Source: Thermodesulfobacteriota bacterium
Lineage (GTDB): Bacteria; Desulfobacterota; Binatia; Bin18
Assembly: GCA_964291405.2 (NCBI GenBank)
Contig: OZ219926.1
Coordinates: forward strand, 1,440,001-1,504,000
Direction: 5' to 3'
DNA length: 64,000 nt
Every line of letters begins with the position of its first letter. Position 1 is the stretch's first letter. The notes beneath the pieces were generated by a model. That model did no database searches and was not told the origin of the DNA. It saw only the letters and a list, made by a program, of their open reading frames with translations. Shown here piece by piece: positions 19,328 to 28,169 of this stretch. A program made the position numbers and the translations under genes.

Positions 19328-20506
19328 ATGCCCACAAAAGAGCCGTTTACCATTCAGATCGCGGACGCCGTCTTAACCGACCTCCGCGATCGTTTGATCC
19401 GAACCCGTTGGGCTCATGATTTTGCCAACGATGAGTGGGCGTATGGCACGAATGACGCGTATCTCAAGGAATTAGTCACGTACTGGATTGAGCAGTACGA
19501 CTGGCGCACACACGAAGCCGAGATGAATGCCTTCTCCCATTACAAGACCACGATTGAAGACATTCCCATCCACTTCATTCACGAGCCCGGCAAAGGCCCA
19601 AACCCGATGCCGCTCGTTTTGAACCACGGCTGGCCGTGGACGTTTTGGGATCTCAACAAAGTTATCCGGCCGTTGACCGATCCAGCCGCGTATGGCGGCG
19701 ATGCCGCTGATTCGTTTGATATTGTTGTTCCGTCTTTGCCCGGCTACGGCTTCTCGTCGCCAATCAACGTGCCTGGTATCAATTATTGGCGAACGGCTGA
19801 TTTGTGGGTGACCCTGATGCAGGACGTGTTGGGCTACGACAGGTTCGCCACGCAGGGCGGTGACTGGGGTGCCGCTATAGCCGCCCAACTCGGCCATAAG
19901 TATGCTGATCGCGTCATTGGGGTCCATACTCACCTCATGTTGCCGCTCAACGCCTTTGCCGGTCCGCTGACGAGCATGGTCAATCGCTCAATGTACGGGC
20001 CTGGCGAAGAAGGCTGGTTTGACCGCAGCATGCATTTTCTGACAGCGGAAACCGGCTATGTGGCCCTCCAGACAACCAAGCCACAAACCCTGGCCTATGG
20101 TCTGAATGATTCACCTGCCGGGCTGTGTGCCTGGATATTGGAGAAACGGCGGACCTGGAGCGACTGTAACGGCGACGTAGAAACACGCTTCACCAAAGAT
20201 GAACTGTTGACCACCATGACCTTATACTGGGTCACCCAGAGTTTTGGAGCGTCCGCCCGGTATTATTATGAGGCCGCGCACAATCTGTGGCAGGCGTCAC
20301 ATGACAAGAGCCCAGTGGTCACGGCACCGACGGGCATCGCGGTATTCCCCAAGGATGTGGTCCTCCTGCCTCGCAAGTGGGCAGAGACGTATTACAACCT
20401 TCAGCGCTGGACCGTTATGCCGTCAGGCGGACATTTTGCCTCAATGGAAGAGCCGGAACAATTAGTCGAAGAAATCCGGGCATTCTTTCGTCCGCTACGG
20501 AGTTAA
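19328..20506 (+). CDS. epoxide hydrolase (microsomal-type, EHN domain)
   Basis: HGWPW, QGGDWG nucleophile Asp, GGHFASME. Confidence 0.92.
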   Translation: MPTKEPFTIQIADAVLTDLRDRLIRTRWAHDFANDEWAYGTNDAYLKELVTYWIEQYDWRTHEAEMNAFSHYKTTIEDIPIHFIHEPGKGPNPMPLVLNHGWPWTFWDLNKVIRPLTDPAAYGGDAADSFDIVVPSLPGYGFSSPINVPGINYWRTADLWVTLMQDVLGYDRFATQGGDWGAAIAAQLGHKYADRVIGVHTHLMLPLNAFAGPLTSMVNRSMYGPGEEGWFDRSMHFLTAETGYVALQTTKPQTLAYGLNDSPAGLCAWILEKRRTWSDCNGDVETRFTKDELLTTMTLYWVTQSFGASARYYYEAAHNLWQASHDKSPVVTAPTGIAVFPKDVVLLPRKWAETYYNLQRWTVMPSGGHFASMEEPEQLVEEIRAFFRPLRS

Positions 20507-20545
20507 TCGAGTACACGTATTGCTGACAGAACAAGGAGGTCATAT

Positions 20546-21307
20546 ATGGCAGGACTCTTAGACGGAAAGGTCGCTTTAATCACGGGCGCGAGCACCGGCA
20601 TTGGCCGGGCGACTGCTCAGGTTTTTGCTCGCGAAGGCGCAAAAGTTGCGGTGGCTGATGTCAATGTCGAAGGCGCCGAAGAAACCGTGCGTTTGATCAA
20701 AGACGCTGGGGGCGAAGCGATCTTTATCCAGACTGATGTATCAAAAACGGCTGATACCGAGGCCATGGTCAAGCAAGTAGTTGAGACCTATGGCCGGCTG
20801 GACTGCGCCTTTAATAATGCCGGAATCGAAGGAGACTTCGTACCAACCCCGGACTATCCTGAGGCAACCTGGGATCGGGTGATCGGTATTAATCTCAAAG
20901 GTGTATGGTTGAGTATGAAGGCGGAAATCCAGCAGATGCTCAGCCAAGGTGGCGGCGCGATTGTGAATACGGCCTCTGTGGCAGGTTTACAAGGCATACC
21001 AGCTGGGTCTGCCTATGTCGCGGCCAAACACGGCGTGGTCGGACTCACTAAAACCGCAGCGCTTGAGTACGCCAAGGCCGGTATTCGGGTGAATGCGGTC
21101 TGTCCAGGCGCCGTGGAGACGCCAATGCTCAAACGCGCCTTTGAAAAGGTGCCCGAAATGGCAGAAGGGATTAACGCCGCAGAACCCGTTGGTCGTATGG
21201 CGCAACCGAGTGAGATCGGCGAAGCCGTCGCCTGGCTGTGTTCCGAAGCAGCCTCGTTTGTGACCGGCCATCCCATGGCGGTCGATGGCGGCTATGTAGC
21301 GCAGTAA
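20546..21307 (+). CDS. short-chain dehydrogenase/reductase
   Basis: TGASTGIG, NNAGI, YVAAK; close paralog of 8082-8843. Confidence 0.95.
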   Translation: MAGLLDGKVALITGASTGIGRATAQVFAREGAKVAVADVNVEGAEETVRLIKDAGGEAIFIQTDVSKTADTEAMVKQVVETYGRLDCAFNNAGIEGDFVPTPDYPEATWDRVIGINLKGVWLSMKAEIQQMLSQGGGAIVNTASVAGLQGIPAGSAYVAAKHGVVGLTKTAALEYAKAGIRVNAVCPGAVETPMLKRAFEKVPEMAEGINAAEPVGRMAQPSEIGEAVAWLCSEAASFVTGHPMAVDGGYVAQ

Positions 21308-21361
21308 ATAAGGCAGCAAGGGACGTGCAAGCCGGTTGTCGTTCACGATCTGGCTCACCGT

Positions 21362-21390
21362 TTGACTCTGGTCGGCAATGGCCCTACGCT
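21362..21390 (+). promoter_or_regulatory. putative sigma70 promoter for the aminotransferase
   Basis: TTGACT-17 nt-TACGCT, followed by the AAGGAGG RBS of 21437. Confidence 0.55.
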
Positions 21391-21436
21391 CTGCGTGACA
21401 TTCCCAACCCAGACTCAAGAACAAGGAGGGTAAGAT

Positions 21437-22855
21437 ATGAGTCAGCAGCAGGCCTACGCACAGCCGCCCGCTCCGCGTCCCTTTGAGCTGGACGTTGAGA
21501 AGTTACGAGACCTGGAACGCCAGAATAAGCTGCCGGTCTTTACGACCTTTCAGGATCATGCCGATGGAGATTTCACCGTTATTGTCGCGGGGAAAGGGGT
21601 CTATCTCTGGGATGCCGAGGGCAATCAGTATCTCGACGGCTGCTCCGGCATTGGCAATGTGGGCTTGGGCTACGACCAGACCGAGATTGCCGACGCGGTC
21701 CACGCGCAAATGAAGACTCTCCCGTTTCATTTAAGCGGCTGGAATTTCTCCACCCCACCCTCCATTGAACTGGCGACAAAGTTGACCCAGCATGCCCCGG
21801 ACGGGCTGAACCGGGTGATTTTTGTCTCGGGTGGTTCAGAAGCTAATGAGACGGTCATCAAGGTCAGTCGGCTCTATTTTCGGCTGCGGGGCTTTGAGAA
21901 GAAAACCACGGCGATTGCGCTGGACCGCAGCTATCATGGGGCGACGTATGGAGCCGCCAGCCTGACGGGCCTTCCGCATATGCACGAACACTTTGAGCCC
22001 ATGCTCTCAAAGGTTCGGCATATCCCTACTCCGTACCGCTATCGCTGTGAGCAGTGCGGGACGCAGCCGGCCTGCACATTGGCGTGTGCGGATATGCTGG
22101 AAAAAGTCATTCTCGAAGAAGGGCCGGAGACCGTAGCCTTCTTTATTGCCGAACCCGTCCTGGGAGGCGGGGGCGGTATTCCTCTTCCCCCGGAATATTT
22201 TCAACGTATCCGGGCGATCTGCGACAAATATGATGTGCTCATGGTGTCGGATGAGGTCATTACCGGGTTTGGACGGACGGGCAAGATGTTTGCCATCGAG
22301 CACGGGGGCGTCATCCCGGATATGATCAGCACGGCCAAGGGCATCAATAGCGGTTATCTGCCGCTCGGTGCGGTGCTTTTGCACGAGAAGATTTACGACA
22401 CCTTTCTGCAGGCTCCCGAAGGTGCCGGTTTCTCCCACGGCTATACCAACTCCGGTCATCCGGTGTGCTGCGCGGCCGGGCTGAAGACGCTTGAAATTAT
22501 GGAACGAGATCAGCTCGTCGACCATGCAGCCCAGATGGGGGCGCTTTTTCACGAGGGACTGGCCGAATTGCGCGCCTCGCCCATCGTCGGTGACGTGCGG
22601 GGTTTGGGCTTAATCGCGGCTCTGGAGTTTGTCTGCAATAAAGACACGCGCGAGCCTTTTCCGCCCGAGTACAATGTCGCGGACTACGTCCGTCGGGCGG
22701 CCCTGAAGCGCGGGCTCCTCGTACGGGAAATAGGACCTGATGTGATTTTTATGGCACCACCGCTGATCATTACCCAGCAGGAGGTCGGCCTGCTCCTCCA
22801 GCGTCTGAAAGACACACTGGCCGAAACCGAAGCCTGGCTCGCCGCCAAGGCGTAA
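21437..22855 (+). CDS. class III PLP aminotransferase
   Basis: SGGSEANE, SYHG, AEPV, DEVITGFGRTG, TAKG (PLP Lys), HGYT. Confidence 0.95.
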   Translation: MSQQQAYAQPPAPRPFELDVEKLRDLERQNKLPVFTTFQDHADGDFTVIVAGKGVYLWDAEGNQYLDGCSGIGNVGLGYDQTEIADAVHAQMKTLPFHLSGWNFSTPPSIELATKLTQHAPDGLNRVIFVSGGSEANETVIKVSRLYFRLRGFEKKTTAIALDRSYHGATYGAASLTGLPHMHEHFEPMLSKVRHIPTPYRYRCEQCGTQPACTLACADMLEKVILEEGPETVAFFIAEPVLGGGGGIPLPPEYFQRIRAICDKYDVLMVSDEVITGFGRTGKMFAIEHGGVIPDMISTAKGINSGYLPLGAVLLHEKIYDTFLQAPEGAGFSHGYTNSGHPVCCAAGLKTLEIMERDQLVDHAAQMGALFHEGLAELRASPIVGDVRGLGLIAALEFVCNKDTREPFPPEYNVADYVRRAALKRGLLVREIGPDVIFMAPPLIITQQEVGLLLQRLKDTLAETEAWLAAKA

Positions 22856-22861
22856 GATTAT
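22654..22861 (+). repeat. 208-bp direct repeat copy 1 (functional aminotransferase 3' end)
   Basis: Aligns without gaps to 24661-24868 with 9 mismatches by hand count. Confidence 0.95.
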
Positions 22862-22865
22862 TCAG

Positions 22866-23660
22866 ATGATCAAGAAAGCCTACGCCGACACTCCGAGTGG
22901 CCAGATGCACTACTACTACGGCGGACCGCAGAAAAAGCCGCCGATCATTTTTCTGCACCAGAACGTTAGCAGCGCAAAGGCCTTCGAACCCACCCTCCGA
23001 TTGCTGATTGACCAGTTTCACTGTATCGCCGTGGACCTGCCCGGCTTCGGAGGCTCCTTTGACCCGCCCGAATTCGATTCGATCAGTACGCTCACTGGCT
23101 ACACCATGGAGTTCCTCGACACGCTCGGTTTCGAGAAATTTCACCTCTGCGGCAGCCACACCGGAGCCGGGATGTCCGCGGAAATATCGTCGCTCTATCC
23201 CGACCGGGCGCTGTCCTGCATGATGATCGGTGCGTTGTTGTTTACCGAGGAACAATCCGCGCGGTTCCGGAAGGAGTTCAGCGGCTCCGCCGCCCCGGGC
23301 TTCGACACCGCCTACCTGAAAGAGACCTGGGACTACGTCTACGACATCGGCGGCAAGCTTGATCTAGACAATATGCACGACGAGTTCACCGGGGCGTTAC
23401 GCAACTGGAGGGTTCGCGACATGATCTTCCGCTGCGTTTGGGATTACCCCTTTGGCCAGTTCATCCCGAAGATCCAATGCCCAACTCTCTTGATTTGCGC
23501 CCCGGACGATGTTCTCTATCCGGGTCACCAGAACACTGCGGCGACGATGCCGCAGGCGAAGGCCATCGATGTCAAAGGTATGGACATGGAACCGAACCTC
23601 GATCCGGAAGGGGTGAGCCGGGGCATCATCGATTTTCTGACCGAGAACAACCTGAGCTGA
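22866..23660 (+). CDS. alpha/beta hydrolase fold protein with non-canonical active site
   Basis: FLHQ, DLPGFGGS, elbow GSHTG, PTLLI. Confidence 0.88.
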   Translation: MIKKAYADTPSGQMHYYYGGPQKKPPIIFLHQNVSSAKAFEPTLRLLIDQFHCIAVDLPGFGGSFDPPEFDSISTLTGYTMEFLDTLGFEKFHLCGSHTGAGMSAEISSLYPDRALSCMMIGALLFTEEQSARFRKEFSGSAAPGFDTAYLKETWDYVYDIGGKLDLDNMHDEFTGALRNWRVRDMIFRCVWDYPFGQFIPKIQCPTLLICAPDDVLYPGHQNTAATMPQAKAIDVKGMDMEPNLDPEGVSRGIIDFLTENNLS

Positions 23661-23710
23661 GCGCCGGCGGCGACCGGTCGGTACGCTCGGCCGTAGGGAG
23701 ACACGAATTG

Positions 23711-24505
23711 ATGATCAAGAAAGCCTACGCAGATACGCCTAGTGGTCAAATGCACTATTACCATGGTGGCCCGCAGGAAAAGCCGCCGATTGTGTTTCTG
23801 CACCAGAACGTCAGTGGCGCGAAGGGGTATGAACGCACGCTCGAGAAGTTGATCGACCGCTGTCATTGCATTGCGGTCGACCTGCCCGGCTTCGGTGGCT
23901 CCTTTGACCCGCCGGAGTTCCATTCGATCAGCACGCTCACCCAATACACGATGGACTTTCTCGATACGCTCGGTATCGAGAAGTTCCATGCCTTCGGCAA
24001 TCACACGGGTGCCGGCATGGCCGCCGAAATGGCGTCGCTCTATCCCGAGCGCGTGCTGTCTTGCATGATGGTCGGTGCACTGTTGCTGACCGAGGAACAG
24101 GCCGCGCCCTACCGCGACGAGTTCAGCGGCTCCGTCGGGCCGAGCCACGAAGCCGAATACCTCAAAATCACCTGGGACTACATCTACAACCTGGGCGGTA
24201 ATCGCGATCTAGACAACATGAACGACGAGTTCTCAGGAGCACTGCGGGCCTGGAAGGTTCGCGGCATGATCTATCGATGCGTGTGGGATTACCGCTTCGA
24301 CCTGTTCATTCAGGACATCAAGTGCCCGACCTTGTTGATGTGCGCTCCAGACGATGTGCTCTACCTCGGCCACCAAAACACCGCCGCCGCCATGCCAAAG
24401 GCGAAGGCCATCGATGTCAAAGGCACAAATTTCGAGCCATTCCTTGATCCGGAAGGAGTGAGCCAAGGCGTCATCGATTTCCTGACCGAGAACAACCTGA
24501 GCTAA
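23711..24505 (+). CDS. alpha/beta hydrolase fold protein, tandem paralog
   Basis: Same length and near-identical termini as 22866-23660; elbow GNHTG; GGGAG RBS before ATG 23711. Confidence 0.88.
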   Translation: MIKKAYADTPSGQMHYYHGGPQEKPPIVFLHQNVSGAKGYERTLEKLIDRCHCIAVDLPGFGGSFDPPEFHSISTLTQYTMDFLDTLGIEKFHAFGNHTGAGMAAEMASLYPERVLSCMMVGALLLTEEQAAPYRDEFSGSVGPSHEAEYLKITWDYIYNLGGNRDLDNMNDEFSGALRAWKVRGMIYRCVWDYRFDLFIQDIKCPTLLMCAPDDVLYLGHQNTAAAMPKAKAIDVKGTNFEPFLDPEGVSQGVIDFLTENNLS

Positions 24506-24654
24506 GGGTGCCCGGCCGCCTGGACGATTTCTCCTGTTCGGAATCTAGGCTGCCCAGCACTAGACAGGTTTGAGTTGATACCGAATCGGCAAGCTCTTCA
24601 GTCCCCCTACGAAGGGTGTCTTCAAGGCGAGTGCAGGGCCGGTGACTTCTAGCG

Positions 24655-24868
24655 ACGCGCGCCTTTTCCGCCCGAGTACAATGTCGCGGACTACGTCCGT
24701 CGGGCGGTCCTGAAGCGCGAGCTCCTCGTGCGGGAAATAGGGCCTGATGTGATTTTTATGGCACCACCACTGATCATTACCCAGCAGGAGGTCGGCCTGC
24801 TCCTCCAGCGTCTGAAAGACACGCTAGCTGAAACCGAAGCCTGGCTCGCTGCCAAGGCGTAAGATTAT
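24655..24868 (+). pseudogene. orphan duplicate of the aminotransferase 3' end (repeat copy 2)
   Basis: PFPPEYNVADYVRRAVLKRELLVREIGPD..AWLAAKA*; about 96% identical to 22654-22861. Confidence 0.95.
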
Positions 24869-24874
24869 AACGGG

Positions 24875-24896
24875 CCGGGTGCTGCGAGGCACCCGG
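24875..24896. terminator. hairpin between two convergent orphan gene ends
   Basis: CCGGGTGC-TGCGAG-GCACCCGG. Confidence 0.6.
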
Positions 24897-24900
24897 TGAC

Positions 24901-25031
24901 CTAACGAACGATCAGCCCCTCGAAATCACCCTGCGCACGCCAGGCGACGAGCATATCGTAAAAGGGCACTGCACCGTCGGGATATTGGGTCTCGATAAAG
25001 CCCTGCCCTCGTTTTTTCCCCCGCCGTTGTA
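24901..25031 (-). pseudogene. orphan duplicate of the BVMO (28170-29999) 3' end
   Basis: [35 protein letters not shown]; about 89% identical to 28170-28301, including the stop codon position. Confidence 0.92.
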
Positions 25032-25062
25032 CACGGGCCTCTGTCAGGACGGAGAGTCCCTG

Positions 25063-26046
25063 CTATTGTCCGTTCTCTTCTTTCGGCGAGATAGATGTTT
25101 CCCCCTCATCCAAGCCAAAGGCGTATTTGAAGGGGATCGGGTTAAAATACTCGCGGAAGAGCGTAATTTTTCCCTTTTTCACAAGGAACAGCCCACCATA
25201 CCTCTGATGATACATACGGCCCGTCGGGACGATCTCTACTTGGCCCTTGAACTCAGCAAAAATCCATTCTGGGTCCTGCAACGGGTGGAAGACCAAGTCT
25301 GAGGTAAAATCAGCTTTTCCACTATTCTCCGGCCAAGCAGCGTAATGCTGAATCAGGGCTGCTCTGCCGCTCACGCGTTCCGGGAAGCCTTTTGGCGCAT
25401 AGGGCATCTCCTGCACGGCATCCTCAGCCCATACGCCGGCAAACTTCTCCATGTCCTTCTGCTCTAAGGCCGTGAGGAAATCCCGCACCGCTTTTTTCGT
25501 CTGCTGCCGTTTGATGTACGACGCCGGGTTAGCGGCGGCACTCTTGCTGGCTGGGCCGAATACATCACGGGTCCCGCTTTCTTCACGCAGGTTAAAGGTA
25601 TGGCTGGTAACGTGCCATATCCCGTCGGTTTTTTGGAATTCATAGCGGTAATCACCCTGGACTTGCCAAAACAGGTCCCCCACATAATGGTCGGCGATAA
25701 CATTGGCCGTCGCTTCGGCCCCTGTCCCATCAAGTGTGACGGCAATATCTGAGATGGCATGTCGAGTCCGGTCGAAACCCGGTAAGACAGACGCCCACTG
25801 GGTCATCAGCGCTTGCGGGCTTATGCGTTCGACCTCACCACCCGTGAGAGAGGTATAATCCAGCTCGACTTCATCGGCATACAGCTTTTCGATTTCTTCA
25901 AAGTTGCCCTGGTCCGCTAAGATTCCAATACTTTCAATAGTCGTTTTAATAGCCGCCTCGTCTTGCGGATCACTCGCCGCGGGTACCGCGGGACTCGCCA
26001 CGGTCAGTACACTTATGAGCAATACTCCGGTGAGTATGTGATTCAT
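25063..26046 (-). CDS. exported protein with two SnoaL/NTF2-like domains
   Basis: N-terminal signal peptide; domain 1 (DYTSLTGG..TRHAIS), domain 2 (WAEDAVQEMPYAP..FREYFNP). Confidence 0.85.
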   Translation of the reverse strand: MNHILTGVLLISVLTVASPAVPAASDPQDEAAIKTTIESIGILADQGNFEEIEKLYADEVELDYTSLTGGEVERISPQALMTQWASVLPGFDRTRHAISDIAVTLDGTGAEATANVIADHYVGDLFWQVQGDYRYEFQKTDGIWHVTSHTFNLREESGTRDVFGPASKSAAANPASYIKRQQTKKAVRDFLTALEQKDMEKFAGVWAEDAVQEMPYAPKGFPERVSGRAALIQHYAAWPENSGKADFTSDLVFHPLQDPEWIFAEFKGQVEIVPTGRMYHQRYGGLFLVKKGKITLFREYFNPIPFKYAFGLDEGETSISPKEENGQ

Positions 26047-26059
26047 GCCTGCTCCCTCT

Positions 26060-27004
26060 CTATTTCAGGGTTGCGTTGAAATGCTCAGCTACCGCATCGC
26101 TTGCTGCTGTAATCGGACTCGGAGCGTCATAGAAGTCAAACTGGCTCACACCGTCCAGCCACAGTTCTGTGACGTTGGAGCCCATACGGCGGGCATATTC
26201 GTGCGCTCCTTGAGGAATGGCGGCCGCTTCGGAATGGACGAGCAAGGTTGGTTTTTTCAGTTGCTCTGCGGTCTGGAGCGCATCGTAGGTGAGCCAGCCT
26301 TCCCACGAGGCCGCGTTAAACTTGTTATCGTATGCTGAGATCAGGCCTCGGTCCGTTTCCGTGTAATACGGCGCTTGATACATCACGGCCTTGTCATTCG
26401 TCAGGCTGGCCGCTTCCAGGATAATCGGTTCAGGCGATTGTTCCGCCTCCCGGCTCATTTGGATAAGACTTTTGACCCCTTCTTCACCGCCGTAGACGAC
26501 TTTGACGATGTCCGCATTATGTAACCAGGGCGCTACGAGCGCCAGGGCTTTGATATGGCTATTGGCCAGCGTCGCATCGCTCATATAGCCGGACGAGGCG
26601 CAAATCCCCAAGCCGCCGATCCGGCTTGCCTCCACTTCGGGCCGCGTGGCCAAGTAATGCACAGCGGCATGGATGTCCTCGGTTTTCCGCTTCGGATTTT
26701 CCAAATACTGAATCGCGTCGAGCGATTGACCCCAGCCGCGAAAGTCGAAAGCCAAGGCGACATACCCCCGGTCGGCCATTTCGGCGGCATAGGTACCGGC
26801 CATTTGTTCTTTCACGGTCGTCCAGGCTCCGGTGACAACCACACCCGGGAGCTTCTGGTTGTCCGTATATCCCTCGGGTAAATACAAATTTCCAGCGAGG
26901 GTCTGCCCTTGGCTTTCAAACGTAACGGGCTTCAGCGTCGCAGCCGGTCCGTTTGTGGCAAGAAGGGTGAGGAGCAATGGAATGGTGAAGAGGAGTCTTT
27001 TCAT
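26060..27004 (-). CDS. exported alpha/beta hydrolase with Cys nucleophile (YcjY/DLH-like)
   Basis: Signal peptide MKRLLFTIPLLL; VKEQ, FDFRGWGQS, GICASSGY. Confidence 0.85.
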   Translation of the reverse strand: MKRLLFTIPLLLTLLATNGPAATLKPVTFESQGQTLAGNLYLPEGYTDNQKLPGVVVTGAWTTVKEQMAGTYAAEMADRGYVALAFDFRGWGQSLDAIQYLENPKRKTEDIHAAVHYLATRPEVEASRIGGLGICASSGYMSDATLANSHIKALALVAPWLHNADIVKVVYGGEEGVKSLIQMSREAEQSPEPIILEAASLTNDKAVMYQAPYYTETDRGLISAYDNKFNAASWEGWLTYDALQTAEQLKKPTLLVHSEAAAIPQGAHEYARRMGSNVTELWLDGVSQFDFYDAPSPITAASDAVAEHFNATLK

Positions 27005-27089
27005 CGTGTGCCATCCTTTCCTGTTGGCGTTTATCTCTGTGCTCTGAGCAGCATCATAAAGGCGCTTGAGAAATACCACAAATACTTTA

Positions 27090-27106
27090 TATCTATTTTA
27101 TTGATA
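27090..27106. promoter_or_regulatory. putative LysR box
   Basis: TATC-TATTTTATT-GATA (T-N11-A core) in the AT-rich divergent intergenic region. Confidence 0.5.
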
Positions 27107-27122
27107 CCTTTACAGCATACCT

Positions 27123-28025
27123 ATGGAACTCCGTCATCTTCGCTACTTTGTGGCTGTCGCTGAGGCCGAAAATATCCGGCGCGCGGCAGAACACTTACAT
27201 ATTGTCCAGCCCGCGCTGAGCCGGCAGATGCAGCAACTGGAAGAAGAGCTGGAATGTGTCCTGTTCGATCGCCTGCCGCGCGGTATCCGCCTGAATGCCG
27301 CCGGCAAAGCGTTCCTTGAGTCCGCGCGTGATATCCTCAGTCGTACCGATGAAGCAATGGCGCACGCACGTCGGGTGGCCCAGGGGGAAGCCGGTCATCT
27401 CCACATTGGATTCATAGAAAACGCTGCCTGGTTCGGGGCCTTTCCCAAGTCAATCCAGCAATACCGCGCGCGGTATCCGAATGTGGGTCTGGGTCTCCAT
27501 CCGATGTTCTCGACCGAGCAGTTTGCGGCTATCGTCGCCGGCCAGCTCGACGCTGGTTTTTGCTATACCTTCGAAGCCCTTCCCACAGGCTGCCAGGCCC
27601 TGCTGCTCCGAATGGACACGGTCGTGCTCGCAGTACCGAGACGCTATGGCTGGAAAAAGCGGGGCGAGGTGCGCCTGAAAGATCTGAAGACTGAGGCATT
27701 TGTGGGGCTCTCACGGTCCAGCGCCCCGGCCTATGTCGATCGCATCGTGTCAACGACCTATGCCGGCGGGTTGTCACCCAATATCGTGCAGGAAGCTATC
27801 GACGAAAAGACGCTGCTCAGTTTGGTTTCCGCCGGGATTGGTATCGGCTTTTGCAACTCAGCCAATGCAGGCCGCAAGCCGCCGCTTGTAGAGCTCGTGC
27901 CTGTGGTCGATTTCGACCTCAAGCTCCCGCTCTGCTTCGTATGGAACCAGTCGAACTCATCCGCAGCACTGAGCGCGTTCCGCTCGGTGGTGTCGCACCA
28001 TCAGGACAGGGGACGGCACACCTGA
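27123..28025 (+). CDS. LysR-family transcriptional regulator
   Basis: MELRHLRYFVAVAE..AAEHLHIVQPALSRQ..LEEEL..LFDR. Confidence 0.97.
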   Translation: MELRHLRYFVAVAEAENIRRAAEHLHIVQPALSRQMQQLEEELECVLFDRLPRGIRLNAAGKAFLESARDILSRTDEAMAHARRVAQGEAGHLHIGFIENAAWFGAFPKSIQQYRARYPNVGLGLHPMFSTEQFAAIVAGQLDAGFCYTFEALPTGCQALLLRMDTVVLAVPRRYGWKKRGEVRLKDLKTEAFVGLSRSSAPAYVDRIVSTTYAGGLSPNIVQEAIDEKTLLSLVSAGIGIGFCNSANAGRKPPLVELVPVVDFDLKLPLCFVWNQSNSSAALSAFRSVVSHHQDRGRHT

Positions 28026-28039
28026 GGAGGCTGAGAGGG

Positions 28040-28090
28040 CGGTATGGAGCTAACCCTCGGAGCGACCGCTCCAGGACCGGCTCCATACCG
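28040..28090. terminator. long hairpin between convergent lysR-type and BVMO genes
   Basis: CGGTATGGAGC / GCTCCATACCG outer stem with inner GGAGCG / CGCTCC stem. Confidence 0.55.
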
Positions 28091-28169
28091 GTAAGCGAGG
28101 CCTGTTTTGCTATTCTCCCACTCTGCCCTTTATTGCAAACGGGCTGGGTTCGGAGCTACTCGCTCAGAT

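Noticed and set aside
28040-28097. Hairpin containing GCTAAC considered as an integron attC site
   Set aside because: No matching GTTRRRY end, no cassette array and no integron integrase; a terminator is simpler.
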